IMG/VR virus record: IMGVR_UViG_3300034683_000041
Coordinates: 1-64,000 of that record
Length of the DNA: 64,000 nt
Reading direction: 5' to 3' (one strand)
From: a virus
Notes under the pieces: model-generated
Database searches by the model: none
Told to the model about the DNA's origin: nothing
What the model saw: only the letters and a program-made list of their open reading frames with translations
Position numbers and translations under genes: made by a program
Shown: positions 19,479 through 31,200 of the stretch, in pieces
How positions within the stretch are numbered: position 1 is the stretch's first letter
Layout: every line of letters begins with the position of its first letter

Positions 19479-20408
19479 ATGTCAGAGTCTCATTTTGATC
19501 AAGATAATTTCAATGTTGAGTATTTAAAAGACTTAACAAAAGTCAGAAAATGTGTATATCTAGATCTTACGTATTGTATCGATCTCTACGTAAGTTTTTT
19601 TATCTACTACTGCACCATCCTCAAACCCAACGAAGAGTTATTTTTACATGTAAAAGAAAATCTCGTCAAATACGACCATAGAAGAGACTTTGAACATGCT
19701 AAATATTTTCCTAATTTCAATATATCGGACGAACAAGTAATCGAATATTTGAATGATCCGGAACATCAATCAAAAATTTTACATGTGGGTATAAATACTC
19801 TTGTGGGAAGGATGCTTCCGGATATCCATAAACATCTTAGAAAACTAAACAGTGGACTAGGATATTACGGACCAATCGAATATTGGATAAATACCCATCC
19901 CATCCAAGACTTAACAAACTATTCAATAGAACTTTTAAAAGACAGATTCTTAAAGATAGATCCTGACAACTACATAACAAATATCACCGCATCGAAAAAC
20001 TTCAAAGAAGAAGATTTTTCAGATCTGACTGCAGAAGAAAGAATCGCACTTGAGCTTGACCTTTCTCAGATCAAAAATGATCCTACTTTAAGAATTGCAC
20101 TTACACATAAACCTTGTAGACAGATCTCTATAAAAGATCTGAAAAAAGTAGATATATTCTTTTTGAATGATCTAAGAGAATTTGATGACCCATTAAGTTC
20201 GCTTTATTCTCCAATCGTCAACAATCTGGTATTTCAGGATGCGTTGGTATGTGTTCCTAGAAGATACACTAATCCTGAAATCATTGAGCAACTTCCTAAT
20301 CTAAGTCAACAGGAAAAAGACCAAGCACTGGCAATTGCTCCACTTGTTGCATCGATGTATTTTGAAATGATATATTTCGATCCTTGGATTCTAAATAAAA
20401 AGGGATAG
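19479..20408 (+). CDS. hypothetical protein
   Basis: GGAG RBS before ATG 19479. Confidence 0.75.
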   Translation: MSESHFDQDNFNVEYLKDLTKVRKCVYLDLTYCIDLYVSFFIYYCTILKPNEELFLHVKENLVKYDHRRDFEHAKYFPNFNISDEQVIEYLNDPEHQSKILHVGINTLVGRMLPDIHKHLRKLNSGLGYYGPIEYWINTHPIQDLTNYSIELLKDRFLKIDPDNYITNITASKNFKEEDFSDLTAEERIALELDLSQIKNDPTLRIALTHKPCRQISIKDLKKVDIFFLNDLREFDDPLSSLYSPIVNNLVFQDALVCVPRRYTNPEIIEQLPNLSQQEKDQALAIAPLVASMYFEMIYFDPWILNKKG

Positions 20409-20411
20409 ACC

Positions 20412-23400
20412 ATGGCAAAACATGACGATTTTGAAATGGGTTCTGAATTTGATGATTTTCAAAGTGATTTTGAAGATTTTGATTTTGATATAGATGAAAA
20501 TGCAGAAAAGCGAGGATCTAGAGAACCTGCATCCCGAACAAAACAATTAGCTACAGCTGGACTTGACGGAGTTAAATCTAATATCACGAAGAAGCTCATT
20601 TCACGTATGGGATACCAGATGCCCAATACCCAGCAGCTTCTTGGAGATGCTACACAGATTTTATCTGATGGACAAAGATTACGAGACGATTTTGTACGAG
20701 ATATAACTCCTGGCATGTTGCAACTCAAACGTGCAGGGCAGGTATTCTTCCCTAGAGTGAAATCATATCTTCCGGACAAAGTCGGATCAAAGATAGAGAA
20801 TTTTCTCAAAACAGAAAATCGTTCTGGTGGACTTTCGTTAGAAGAAGAGCGTCGTTCTCTCGTAAATGAAAATCTTGAAAATATATTTAAACTTCAAGTC
20901 GAACAAGACCAAGAAACAAAGAAAGAAGCTAAATTAGATACCTTTGTCGATAGAACTCTAGCTTCTGGAAGACATAAAGAAAGTGCAGGGCTGTTAGACA
21001 GCATCCGTATAGCTACAGAGTTCAATAAGAACTACTTAACTAGTGTAGATATTGCATATCGTAGAAAACGATTAGAATTAGCATACGACCATCTGTTTGT
21101 CGCTAAAGATACACGAGAACTTATTAAAGGGTTATCTCAAGTCATAGAGACTAACCTCAAAGACATTAGCCACAATACTGCTCTTCCGGATATCCAGAAA
21201 CAACAGCTCTCAGAGTCGTACAAAGAAGTCATGAGAGGGGCAGTATCTAACAGAATCAATCAGCATCTGTCTGGATGGGTAGGCCAGATAGGGAAAAATA
21301 TCAAATCTCGAGTTTTAGATCCTGTTGTGCAAGGTGTGAACATGGCAGCAGGTGCTGCTGAAATGACTGCAGATTTTGCACAAATGGAAGAAGAGCTTGG
21401 GATGAGTTCTGCTCCGAGTTCTCCTTTTACCTTACTTGGTAAAGCCGCAGGTGGAGGACTTACTTCTTTACTGGGTAAAAAACTTACAACCAAGTTATTT
21501 GGTTCTGCAGGAGATGGACTCATCTCTCCATATGCAGGAACACTGGAAGGATGGTCTGGGCAAGCTAAATTAAAAGCTATGCTTAAAGTAAAGGAACTTC
21601 AGGAAAACTTAGATCCTTCTTCTCCGATAGGATTCTTAACTGAACTTCTTTCTTCTGGTGTATCTAGAGATGCTGGAACTCTTGTCAATACTGCAGCAAA
21701 ACCAGAAGATCTTGCATCGTACGACGTTGCTGCAAGAACCAGTATAGTGGAGATCATGCCGGGATATCTTGCAAGAGCAGTACAGCTCTTATCCAAGATA
21801 GCTACAGGAAAAGATACTTCACTTTTAACTTACGATTACACTAAACGTGATTTTGTAACTTCAGGACAATTACGTAAACGGGTTATAGAAGAAGCGTTCG
21901 GTACTGAAGAACAACGGTCTGAAGATATCGGAAGAGCAGTTGGAGCGATCCGTGGGCTTTATGGGCACTTAGGCGAAGATGTTGTACAAATTGATAATGC
22001 TGCAAAAGACATAGCCACATTTATCATCAACTCTGCCACTAAGAAGTATCTGTTAGCTCCTAACACTATCCGAAAATATCTTAATGAAGAAGAATTGTCG
22101 GATAGTGAAAATAACTATATCTCTAGAACTTCCAATGGAATAAAAGATTCTCGTGCATTCTTTACGATACTAAACACGATCTTGTATCCTGATGGGAAAT
22201 CTAAATACATTGATGCAGAAACTGAGATCAATCGATATATAATCGGACTCATGCAAAAGGATGAGTATCTGGATGTCCTTCCAAGATATCTCAATGCTAC
22301 AGGACAAGCATCTCTGTTCACAGATCTTGCTACTAGTACCGGAGATAGATTTCAGTTCAATCAGGAAACTATCCAAAAGTTACTTCATGGAGATCTTGGT
22401 AAATCGTTTATCGGTTCTCTTGAAAATGAATCGAATTATACTCAGAATAAATTTAACAATTTAGTTCAGAGTGTCCAAAATGCTCCAGAAAGTGTACGTC
22501 AGTTATTTGAAAGTGTAAGTGGAAATCGAGCAGCATTATCTATTTCAGATACAAAACTTCCTGGATTCACTTCTTCCTTAAATCCTCTCACAAGTACGTA
22601 TGAGATGGATCCTACTGGTGTACGAAAATCTCCGTTCTCAGGAATCACGATTCCCAAGGCTACAGAGAATCGTAATGACGAATCTGTTACAAGTATCATA
22701 CCTGTAAAGATAGCTGAGGTAGAAGGATTACTTCCTACTTATCTCAAGAAATCAGATATTGATTTTACTTCAATTATCAAACTTAAAGATCCTCAAGTTA
22801 CAAAATCGTCTACGCAATTGGAAGATATTGCCGAGATGCATTTTGAAAGACAGTTCACCGTTCCTGACTTACTGGAAAGGATTGCTGAAAGCTCTGGAGA
22901 AATGAATGATAAACTCATGTCGCTTCTCGCAGATGGAATAACTATATTTGGACAGCTCTATCATAAGGGCAAACGTCTTACGATTGGTGGATTAAAGCGA
23001 CTCAAATCCCAAGCACTCTCTATACCCAAAGGACTTAAAGACTTAGGAGAAGATGCATATCTTCATGGTCTTTACGGACTTGACTGGGTAAAAGAGAAGA
23101 TTCCTGGATTAAAACCCATTTACGACAAAGGCAAAAAGTACCTTGGAGATAAATGGGACGGTACTAAGAGAGCTGCGAAGAATATTGGTTGGGGTATGGT
23201 CGATGCCGGACTTGGTCTTGGAGACATGATGCTCAGTCTCCCCGAAGCAGTAGGTCAAGGCTTCACTATGGCTAGAGACGGATTTGCTAAAGTTAAATCC
23301 AATATCGCAGCCAGATGGAAGATCGGACAAGAAAAAGCAAGGAAGACTAAACGGTTTGTAGACGTATACCGCAAAGATGAAGTAGAAATAGGTAAACCAT

Positions 23401-26249
23401 TATTATCTGCTAAAAAACAGATATCTGGGGTTGTGTTCAATGACGGTTCTGCAGTTAGAACGTCATACCGTATAACCAAACCGGTTATTGACCCAGAAGA
23501 CGGTACTACCTACATCACACAAGAAGACATAGAACACGGACTTGTAGATGTAGAAAACAATAGTCTGACACCTATTGGAATCATAAAAGGCATCGCAAGA
23601 ACTATAGATACAAAACTTCTTGGTGGCGCTTTTGGTAAAGCCAAATCTCTTCTTGGAGGTCTCTTTGGTAAAGACAGTTTCTTACGAAAGATACTCTCAG
23701 GGGGACTTAAAGGATTAGGTAATTTATTTACTAAAGGTCCACTGCAATGGATGACTAGCTTCAATTCAAAAATCACCAAAAAAGAATTGAAAAGTCTTGT
23801 TGGTGACAAATTAGATCTCATCTACAACTATCTTGTAGCTAGATTCGGCAATGTGCAGCAAAAATTAACTGCACTACAAGTACGAGCTGGAGACAGTGAT
23901 GGTGATGGAAAACGAGATTCTATTTTTGAAGAAAAACAGAATAGGCTTAAAGAAGAACAACACGAACGTATTGAAGATCGGGAAGAAAGACAAACTGAAG
24001 CATTAGAAGCAATTCGTAATGCTCTTACCCCTAAGAAAAAGAAATCTAAAAATGAAGATGAAGGTGGACTTGTCTCTGGACTTCTCGATCTTGTAACTGG
24101 AGGAAAAGGTAAAGGTGGAGGATTTCTTAGCAAATGGGGCGGTAAACTTCTTGGAGCTCTTGGCCTCGGAGGGGCAGCTGCTGGGGGTGCTACTGCTGCT
24201 AGTGCTGTCGGTGCTGGTGGTGCATTGGCTACTCTCGGGTCTACAGCTACAGCTGCTGGAACCGCTCTCGCTAGTGGAGTTGCCACGACTGCTACCGCTA
24301 CAGGTGGTCTTCTTGCTGGTAGTGGGACTACTCTTGCTGCTCTGGCTTCTAATCCTATCGGATGGGTCATCGGAGGCACTCTTGCTGTCGGAGCAGGTGC
24401 GTATCTTGGATATAGATACCTGAACCCCAGTGGGGATTCTCTCATAGATGCTAGAGCGCAAGCCTACGGTATAGATCTTAATGCTTCTACTGGTCTTTTT
24501 ACAGGATCAAATACTAAACGTATACTCGAACTTGAAGAACGTACTGCTGCTATAGTAGAAGGACGTTCTAATCCTTTGAATGACTCAGACATGGAATACT
24601 TTGCCGATCTGTTCGGATTTGATAGAAAAATTCAAAACCAAGTTGCTTACTTTGCAAGTTGGTATAGACAAAGATTCTATCCTAGTTTTCGTATATTCTT
24701 AAATATCATTAAGAATGCTGGATTTACGTATAGTTCGATCGACGACATAACGGAAGAGTTCCGTAAACCAATCGCGGACGAATTCTTAAAACAAACCTCA
24801 GGGCACGTCAATGCTCTTCGCAATCTCGTACCTACAATGCAGGGATATAAAACATTTGAAAAAATGCAGAATATCCCACAATCGGAAGAAAATAAAGCAC
24901 AAGCTCATGTTGCAGTAAATACAGAAAAAGTTTCTAATAACGAAGTTAGTTCGCGTACTCAGAAATACAAAGTCGATCCTAGCATATCTGAAGTTACTAA
25001 CAATCTTCCAGATCCTAAGCCAAAGAAACGAGTTCCTTCGGATACTTCTCCAGGTGGAGCAGGATTCTGGACTGGGTTCTATGGTGGACAAGAAACCTTA
25101 GACGCTATGGAAACTGTGGATACTTCCAACTACAAACCGGAATTACCTAAATCTGGAGAACTTGGAGCTATATCTGCACAATTTGAATCGTCTAAGAAAG
25201 GATCGCTTGCTATAGGGTACGATGCTACTGGCGGTACAAGCTATGGTAAATACCAATTAGCATCTAGAACTGGAACGTTCGGAAGATTCTTAAGTTGGTT
25301 AGAAACACAAGGTCCCAGTGGACAGGAAATCGTTCGAAGATTACGCAATGCTAACGGTCCTTATGACACTGGAAGTACTTCTGGTGCAGTACCTAACGAA
25401 TGGCGTAAACTCGTTATTGAAGGAAAACTAAAAAATTACGAACATCAGTTCATTAAACTGTCACACTACGATCCTGCACTTCAAGGACTTCCTAGTGAAC
25501 TTAGGGCATTGGTACTTGGATCAAAAGCATTACAAGATGTACTTTGGTCTACTGCAGTACAACATGGTCCTAGTGGTGCAGTGAAGATATTCCGTGAAGC
25601 ATACGGACACGTATCGTCTAACGGTCAAGTCAGGATGGAAAGTCTTATCAAAGAGATCTATGCTGACAGAAAAGATAAGTTCCCATCATCGACAGCTAGA
25701 GTTCAAGCTGCAGTAAGAGACAGATTCAAAAAGGAATCTTCTGTTGCATTAGCTATGCTTGCAACAGAGTCAGCTTCTCCTGATGTTTCTGGTGAAGATA
25801 TTGTAGCTTCCGAAGCTACTAAATCTTACGACGAAGAACCGATGTCTATGCCAACCGCACAGGAAACTGGAACTACCTTTGGTACGAAACGAACTAAAGT
25901 CGCAGTACCAGAACAGACTCCTACACGAAACGTTGTTACTGCATCGGTAGAAACTAAACCTCAGAAAAACGTCACTTCTGTTACTCCTCAAACAGCAAAT
26001 ACGTCAATCGATCTTACTCCAGTTGTAGCTATCCTTACCCAGATGAAAACTGGGATAGATCAACTTGTTAGTGGAAATGTTGTTTTAGGAGAAATCCGTG
26101 ATGGTTTAGCATCTGGGTTTAACGACATGGTAACTCTTGCCAAAAGTAACTCTTCCACTACGTCCATAAAACATGCGAACTTTCAACAGAGAGCATCTAT
26201 GTCACGTAGTGGGATCAGTGTCACAAGACAAAAAGCGTATACCTCTTAG
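20412..26249 (+). CDS. tape-measure-like tail protein with C-terminal VgrG3-like muramidase (phiKZ gp181-like)
   Basis: SIVEIMPGYL, DSDGDG, Ala/Gly hydrophobic stretch, LGAISAQFES..GGTSYGKYQ..WSTAVQHG. Confidence 0.85.
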   Translation: MAKHDDFEMGSEFDDFQSDFEDFDFDIDENAEKRGSREPASRTKQLATAGLDGVKSNITKKLISRMGYQMPNTQQLLGDATQILSDGQRLRDDFVRDITPGMLQLKRAGQVFFPRVKSYLPDKVGSKIENFLKTENRSGGLSLEEERRSLVNENLENIFKLQVEQDQETKKEAKLDTFVDRTLASGRHKESAGLLDSIRIATEFNKNYLTSVDIAYRRKRLELAYDHLFVAKDTRELIKGLSQVIETNLKDISHNTALPDIQKQQLSESYKEVMRGAVSNRINQHLSGWVGQIGKNIKSRVLDPVVQGVNMAAGAAEMTADFAQMEEELGMSSAPSSPFTLLGKAAGGGLTSLLGKKLTTKLFGSAGDGLISPYAGTLEGWSGQAKLKAMLKVKELQENLDPSSPIGFLTELLSSGVSRDAGTLVNTAAKPEDLASYDVAARTSIVEIMPGYLARAVQLLSKIATGKDTSLLTYDYTKRDFVTSGQLRKRVIEEAFGTEEQRSEDIGRAVGAIRGLYGHLGEDVVQIDNAAKDIATFIINSATKKYLLAPNTIRKYLNEEELSDSENNYISRTSNGIKDSRAFFTILNTILYPDGKSKYIDAETEINRYIIGLMQKDEYLDVLPRYLNATGQASLFTDLATSTGDRFQFNQETIQKLLHGDLGKSFIGSLENESNYTQNKFNNLVQSVQNAPESVRQLFESVSGNRAALSISDTKLPGFTSSLNPLTSTYEMDPTGVRKSPFSGITIPKATENRNDESVTSIIPVKIAEVEGLLPTYLKKSDIDFTSIIKLKDPQVTKSSTQLEDIAEMHFERQFTVPDLLERIAESSGEMNDKLMSLLADGITIFGQLYHKGKRLTIGGLKRLKSQALSIPKGLKDLGEDAYLHGLYGLDWVKEKIPGLKPIYDKGKKYLGDKWDGTKRAAKNIGWGMVDAGLGLGDMMLSLPEAVGQGFTMARDGFAKVKSNIAARWKIGQEKARKTKRFVDVYRKDEVEIGKPLLSAKKQISGVVFNDGSAVRTSYRITKPVIDPEDGTTYITQEDIEHGLVDVENNSLTPIGIIKGIARTIDTKLLGGAFGKAKSLLGGLFGKDSFLRKILSGGLKGLGNLFTKGPLQWMTSFNSKITKKELKSLVGDKLDLIYNYLVARFGNVQQKLTALQVRAGDSDGDGKRDSIFEEKQNRLKEEQHERIEDREERQTEALEAIRNALTPKKKKSKNEDEGGLVSGLLDLVTGGKGKGGGFLSKWGGKLLGALGLGGAAAGGATAASAVGAGGALATLGSTATAAGTALASGVATTATATGGLLAGSGTTLAALASNPIGWVIGGTLAVGAGAYLGYRYLNPSGDSLIDARAQAYGIDLNASTGLFTGSNTKRILELEERTAAIVEGRSNPLNDSDMEYFADLFGFDRKIQNQVAYFASWYRQRFYPSFRIFLNIIKNAGFTYSSIDDITEEFRKPIADEFLKQTSGHVNALRNLVPTMQGYKTFEKMQNIPQSEENKAQAHVAVNTEKVSNNEVSSRTQKYKVDPSISEVTNNLPDPKPKKRVPSDTSPGGAGFWTGFYGGQETLDAMETVDTSNYKPELPKSGELGAISAQFESSKKGSLAIGYDATGGTSYGKYQLASRTGTFGRFLSWLETQGPSGQEIVRRLRNANGPYDTGSTSGAVPNEWRKLVIEGKLKNYEHQFIKLSHYDPALQGLPSELRALVLGSKALQDVLWSTAVQHGPSGAVKIFREAYGHVSSNGQVRMESLIKEIYADRKDKFPSSTARVQAAVRDRFKKESSVALAMLATESASPDVSGEDIVASEATKSYDEEPMSMPTAQETGTTFGTKRTKVAVPEQTPTRNVVTASVETKPQKNVTSVTPQTANTSIDLTPVVAILTQMKTGIDQLVSGNVVLGEIRDGLASGFNDMVTLAKSNSSTTSIKHANFQQRASMSRSGISVTRQKAYTS

Positions 26250-26258
26250 GAGAAATAA

Positions 26259-28133
26259 ATGGCTATAACCGGTTATGCTCAAAGAGATACTGAAATCTGG
26301 TTGAGATCGCCTTGGGCGTATCAATTAGGTGAGGATTTTAAGACTACCGGTGATATGCTAAGGGCCATTATCGGGGACGGAGATGACGTCCCCGAAGGCC
26401 CTGTTAAGAAGTCGATCCAAACGTTCAAAGATCAAATCAACGAATTTACTCCTACGAAATATCTCAGACCTAACCAGTCAGATACTTCTTTGGGGGGTAA
26501 TGATGCGATCAATTGTTTCCCTGGATTCTGTAGAAATGATGATGTCATTCATCCATTAACTGGAATCTGCGGGAACACAGACAGAGGATTGGGACGAGTA
26601 TATCACGAAGTCTACGATAAACATCAGCAGTTATTGCATCTTACATTTGGAGTTCCCGAGTTTGGAGATCTCAAATCGTTCTATGGAGGACTGTTCAATA
26701 AAAACCTTGCAGATCTTGTACATAAAGGAGAAACATCGACTTCTGAAGCACTTGGTGGATTGTTAGGTACGGTAGCAGGAGGAGTAGGCGTACTTTCTCT
26801 TGCTGTTCGTTTTCCTATATTGCCTCTTGTGTATTTACTTAAGAAAACCAGCGAAAGTGTTGATGTTCACAGAGTTACTAAATATTACGATTTCAAATCG
26901 GCGATGCCGTTATTCTACCGATATTGTAACAGTATACTAAGTCATCTTGCTGTAAACATGGGTCTTTATCCTAACGGAACTGGAGGAGATTCTAACGGAC
27001 AATTCAATATGGCGTATAATGAACTTTACGCCGATGAAGCAGATCCTGATGCCATCCCGGAAATATTGCGAGATGGTCTTGACATGTATAAAATCCTAGC
27101 TAAACGTGATAAGTTTTTAAGAGCAGATGGGTCCGATGAAACCTTCTTAGATATATCCTCTGAAGGGTATCTCATGGGCAAGAAAAATGGAGAAGATTCA
27201 GGATTCTTTTCTACGTTCGTAGCCAGAACAAGTGCAACCGCACATGGTGCTGATAAATTTGTCAGTTACCGCATCGACAAGAACGTAGATAGTACGGAAT
27301 CGGTTAATAACCAATCAGGAGAATCTTCTATCCATCAGCTCCTGAATAGTAAAGCTGCGTCTGGTAAAGACATGATGTTCTCACTCATGCACGGAAAACT
27401 TGTAGATATCCCTGGAGTGGGGGATGTAGTATCTGCACTGACTAAGTTTGCATCTAATGCGCTTAGTACAGTTACCTTGGGTGCAAGTCAAACCATAGAA
27501 GGAATATTGACTGGTTCCGGTATGGCAGATATACCTGAAGTTTGGACAGGAAGTAGTTTTAGTAAAAGCTACAACTTCCATATGAGTTTTAGATCTCATT
27601 CTGGAGATCCTGTATCCATATTGCAGAATATCTACTGTCCTATGATTCCTTGGTTAGTTGCTGCTCTTCCAAGATCAGTAGGAGAGAACTCATATACCGC
27701 ACCGTTTTTAGTACGCGCATACAGCACAGGACTTTTTGCTATACCTTGCGGGATGGTAGAAAGTATGACGATACGTAGAGGTGGAGCAGAATTCGGATGG
27801 AGTTCGTCTATGCTTCCTACTGTGGTAGAGATCGATGTTACTATCAAAGATCTCTCTCCTGTTATGCACATGGCACTAATGGATAAAAATTCTGACTTAT
27901 TCAAAATCTTTGCACAAAACTCAACATTTCAGGAATACTTACTGACTCTCTCTGGGATGGGATTAAATGAACGACTGTTAACTATTCCTAGAGTCATGCG
28001 TAAATTGAAAACCTCGCTTAGAACACTCAGAACTACATATGCCAACCCATTGTTCTGGGCAACATCTATAGGTAGTAGTACGATCCCTCGTGTTGTAGGA
28101 GCAATATCTCCTTATTCTAGATACGGTCAATAA
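26259..28133 (+). CDS. virion structural protein (phiKZ gp182-like)
   Basis: DTSLGGNDAIN, GLGRVYHEVYD, FGVPEF, PEVW..S; synteny after gp181-like gene. Confidence 0.75.
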   Translation: MAITGYAQRDTEIWLRSPWAYQLGEDFKTTGDMLRAIIGDGDDVPEGPVKKSIQTFKDQINEFTPTKYLRPNQSDTSLGGNDAINCFPGFCRNDDVIHPLTGICGNTDRGLGRVYHEVYDKHQQLLHLTFGVPEFGDLKSFYGGLFNKNLADLVHKGETSTSEALGGLLGTVAGGVGVLSLAVRFPILPLVYLLKKTSESVDVHRVTKYYDFKSAMPLFYRYCNSILSHLAVNMGLYPNGTGGDSNGQFNMAYNELYADEADPDAIPEILRDGLDMYKILAKRDKFLRADGSDETFLDISSEGYLMGKKNGEDSGFFSTFVARTSATAHGADKFVSYRIDKNVDSTESVNNQSGESSIHQLLNSKAASGKDMMFSLMHGKLVDIPGVGDVVSALTKFASNALSTVTLGASQTIEGILTGSGMADIPEVWTGSSFSKSYNFHMSFRSHSGDPVSILQNIYCPMIPWLVAALPRSVGENSYTAPFLVRAYSTGLFAIPCGMVESMTIRRGGAEFGWSSSMLPTVVEIDVTIKDLSPVMHMALMDKNSDLFKIFAQNSTFQEYLLTLSGMGLNERLLTIPRVMRKLKTSLRTLRTTYANPLFWATSIGSSTIPRVVGAISPYSRYGQ

Positions 28134-28137
28134 ACTA

Positions 28138-28167
28138 CTGGAGAAGGGAATACTTTCCCTTCTCCAG
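28138..28167. terminator. 13-bp hairpin
   Basis: ctggagaagggaa/ttcccttctccag. Confidence 0.7.
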
Positions 28168-28241
28168 CTATAACTATAAATGTATGACCATACATGAATG
28201 ATATGCATCTTAAGTCTATTTCTCTTTAAGGAGAGTTTGTT

Positions 28242-31200
28242 ATGATAAATTTATCTTCCAGCAAATATCATCCAGCGCAAGAACGTTTGATGTATGGTAC
28301 GTTCTTACGGAAATTTTTCAACTGGAGACTTGGTGATCTTAATAAAAAACCCATAGCTCTTCCAAAAGACATACAGCTTCCCCCCAATAGTGCACTTCAC
28401 ATCTTCGATAATGTGTATTGTGAGGATAATCATATCCCTACGTCCGATGTATTTCCTACACAGATTCCCTTCATAGATAATGAAACCTTTTTACGTCACG
28501 TAGTTCATGTCAAAGAACCCAACATCACAAAAGGTGATGTCCCCATCCAATATTCTGAAAAATACCTTCTCATCCCTAGGGATAGAGAAAAGATCTTAAG
28601 AAAGTTCAAAATAGAAAATCTTTCTAAGTTCAGATTCCATGAAAACGTATCCACGGTTCCCAATACAAAAAACGCTCTGACTATATTCAACTACAATCCC
28701 ATGTACCGGATACAGATCAAAGGTTCTTTACAATTGGGAAAAGATACTCTTCTTCAAAATGCTGCAAAGTATCGTAAGACGAGGATGATCTTATCTACTA
28801 TACTGAATACTGCATCTAAGACAGCTAAAGATAAGATCAATTACATATGGATGCCTCTTTCCAACGAGATCTATTCTCCTCAAAAATTCATAAGAACTAA
28901 AACTTCAGAATCTTCTCAAAGTATCAAATACAAAAACAGTAACATGTTTGCTTTATTAGTACAACTCTACAACTTTGTAGACACTAGTACAACATTATCT
29001 GTTTTTGAAAAAATGAAAGATGAAGATCTGTACAGAATAAACCTGATATTAACTGTCGGTCGTGACTTTGACAACACCATCATCATAAATCTTAAAACCC
29101 TTCAAGAGTTGAACCCACGAAATACCAATTATCGAAAGATCATTAAGATGATCAATCGATTAGTTCTTGTGTCTATGAAAGCTGAAGTGGAGTTCAACGA
29201 TAACGATGACGAAGAAGATATCGATCGATTAGCCCGAGAACTTCATCTGGAAAAAGAAGAAGATATAGATACATTTGAAGATCATCGTCAGGAAATAGAG
29301 GCCAAGTTAAAATCTACGAAAGAAGATGAGAATGTAGAAACTTCCACGGTAGATAAAGATAAACTTATAGATGACGGAAAGAAGATAATCCAAGGACTCA
29401 AATCTATTGGGACTATAGATCTTGATATCCCTGAATCGTTAGACGCTATTGTTGTGGACAACAGTGATGCCGATATCATCAAAACTGTTACTCCAACAAC
29501 TAAGACAAATGTAGATCCTGACTCTTCTGATAAGTCTAAAAAGATAGAACCTCCGAAATCTAAGTTTTTCACTAAAAACGAACTCCTTCGTGTTGCAGGA
29601 AATACTGCACCGGCAACTAGTGGAGAAGAATTTGCGGAATTTGGAATGCGTTATCTTAAAGATATCGATTCCGATGCAGATGAGTATATCGCAAAACAGA
29701 ATCACTTAAGTCCAAAACAAAAAGAACGCGCAACAAAGTTAAGTCGTGCGTACCTGAATATATCTCTGGCAGGAAAACCGTTATCTCAGCATCTGACTAC
29801 TGGATCTGATCCTACTATCGATACTGAAGAGTTCGATTTTCTAGATAAAGATATCCCGGATAAATCGATGTTGAAGAGTACGCTTCAAAATTTCGACAAT
29901 ACCTATATGAAAAAATTCTATTATCGAGATCTTGCAGCTACTTTGGTATCACTTAATAGAGTTGGTATGTTCGTCACTGGAGTCGAAGAACAATTTATCA
30001 ATAATGAACTTACCCAGATCAAACGTTTTAAAATCAAGTTCACCGATGCTGAAGGAGAAAAACATTCTTCTACAGTAGACATCCCAGCGATCAACGAAGA
30101 AGGTCAATGTTTAGTCAATGGAGTAAATTCTTACTTTAGAAAACAGATGATCAATCTTCCTATATGCAAAGTTTCACCAAGTAGAGTATCTCTTGCATCT
30201 AACTATAACAAAACTGTTGTAGAACGAGTAGGATCTGTAGCACACAGTTTCTTAGGATACTTCAGAAAACTACTTATGAAAATAGAAGAGAGTCACAAAA
30301 TAAAAACGATCTATGGAGTCAATAAACTTCCTTTAGATCTAGACAACCACCTTCCTGGACACGAATATTCTTCTATAATGCAAGAGTATACTGAAGTAGA
30401 ACTGATACATCATGCAAAGACGTTAACTTTGTATTTCGACTACGAAAAACGACATCATCAGTCTAAGTTTTTCTCAGATCGAGATATATCCGAAGTTGAA
30501 CAAGATCATCTGGTGTTTTGTGGAGACTATGTAGATGAGAAGAACGATAAGTTCTGTCTTTTCGTAGGAGCAGACAACTTAATCTTAGTTGTATCCACAA
30601 AGACTAAAAAGGTTGTAGGACACACAACGTTCATAGGTGCACTTACCAATCTTTTTGATGTCCGGTTAAACACCAATTTAACTGAGTGGACAGATATCAA
30701 GATCTTAGATAAAAAGTTCCCAGTAGGGTTCTTATTGGCGTATAAGTATGGCCTTATACCTCTTATGGACAAACTGAAAATGGATTACCAGATAGTCCCT
30801 GTACGTTCTAGAGAACCTAAATTAAGTCCTACTTCTATCGTACTTAAGTTCAATGATAAAAAGATCATTTTTGATAGATATCCCCTTCTTGCTTCCATGA
30901 TCGTATCTGGTCTTACTTTCTTTGATCTTAGACATTACGATCTTGAAGATATGTACGACAAGAATACCTACATCAACATCCTGCAAGATAAAGGGTATAG
31001 TCCTAACTATCTTAGGGGTATAGATGCTACATTTGATCTTTTTGTAGATCCCATTACGTACGATGTTCTTTTACAGATGGGCAAACCTACTAAGTTCGAT
31101 GAGCTACTTATAGAAGCTACTCGGATGTTACAGAACCACGAACACAAAGAGCCTTCGTCTATAGTAAACATGAGAATGCGTTCATTTGAACGACTTAATG

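Noticed and set aside
23828-24461. Antisense Pro/Ala/Ser-rich ORFs
   Set aside because: Shadow of the Ala/Gly-rich tape-measure segment.
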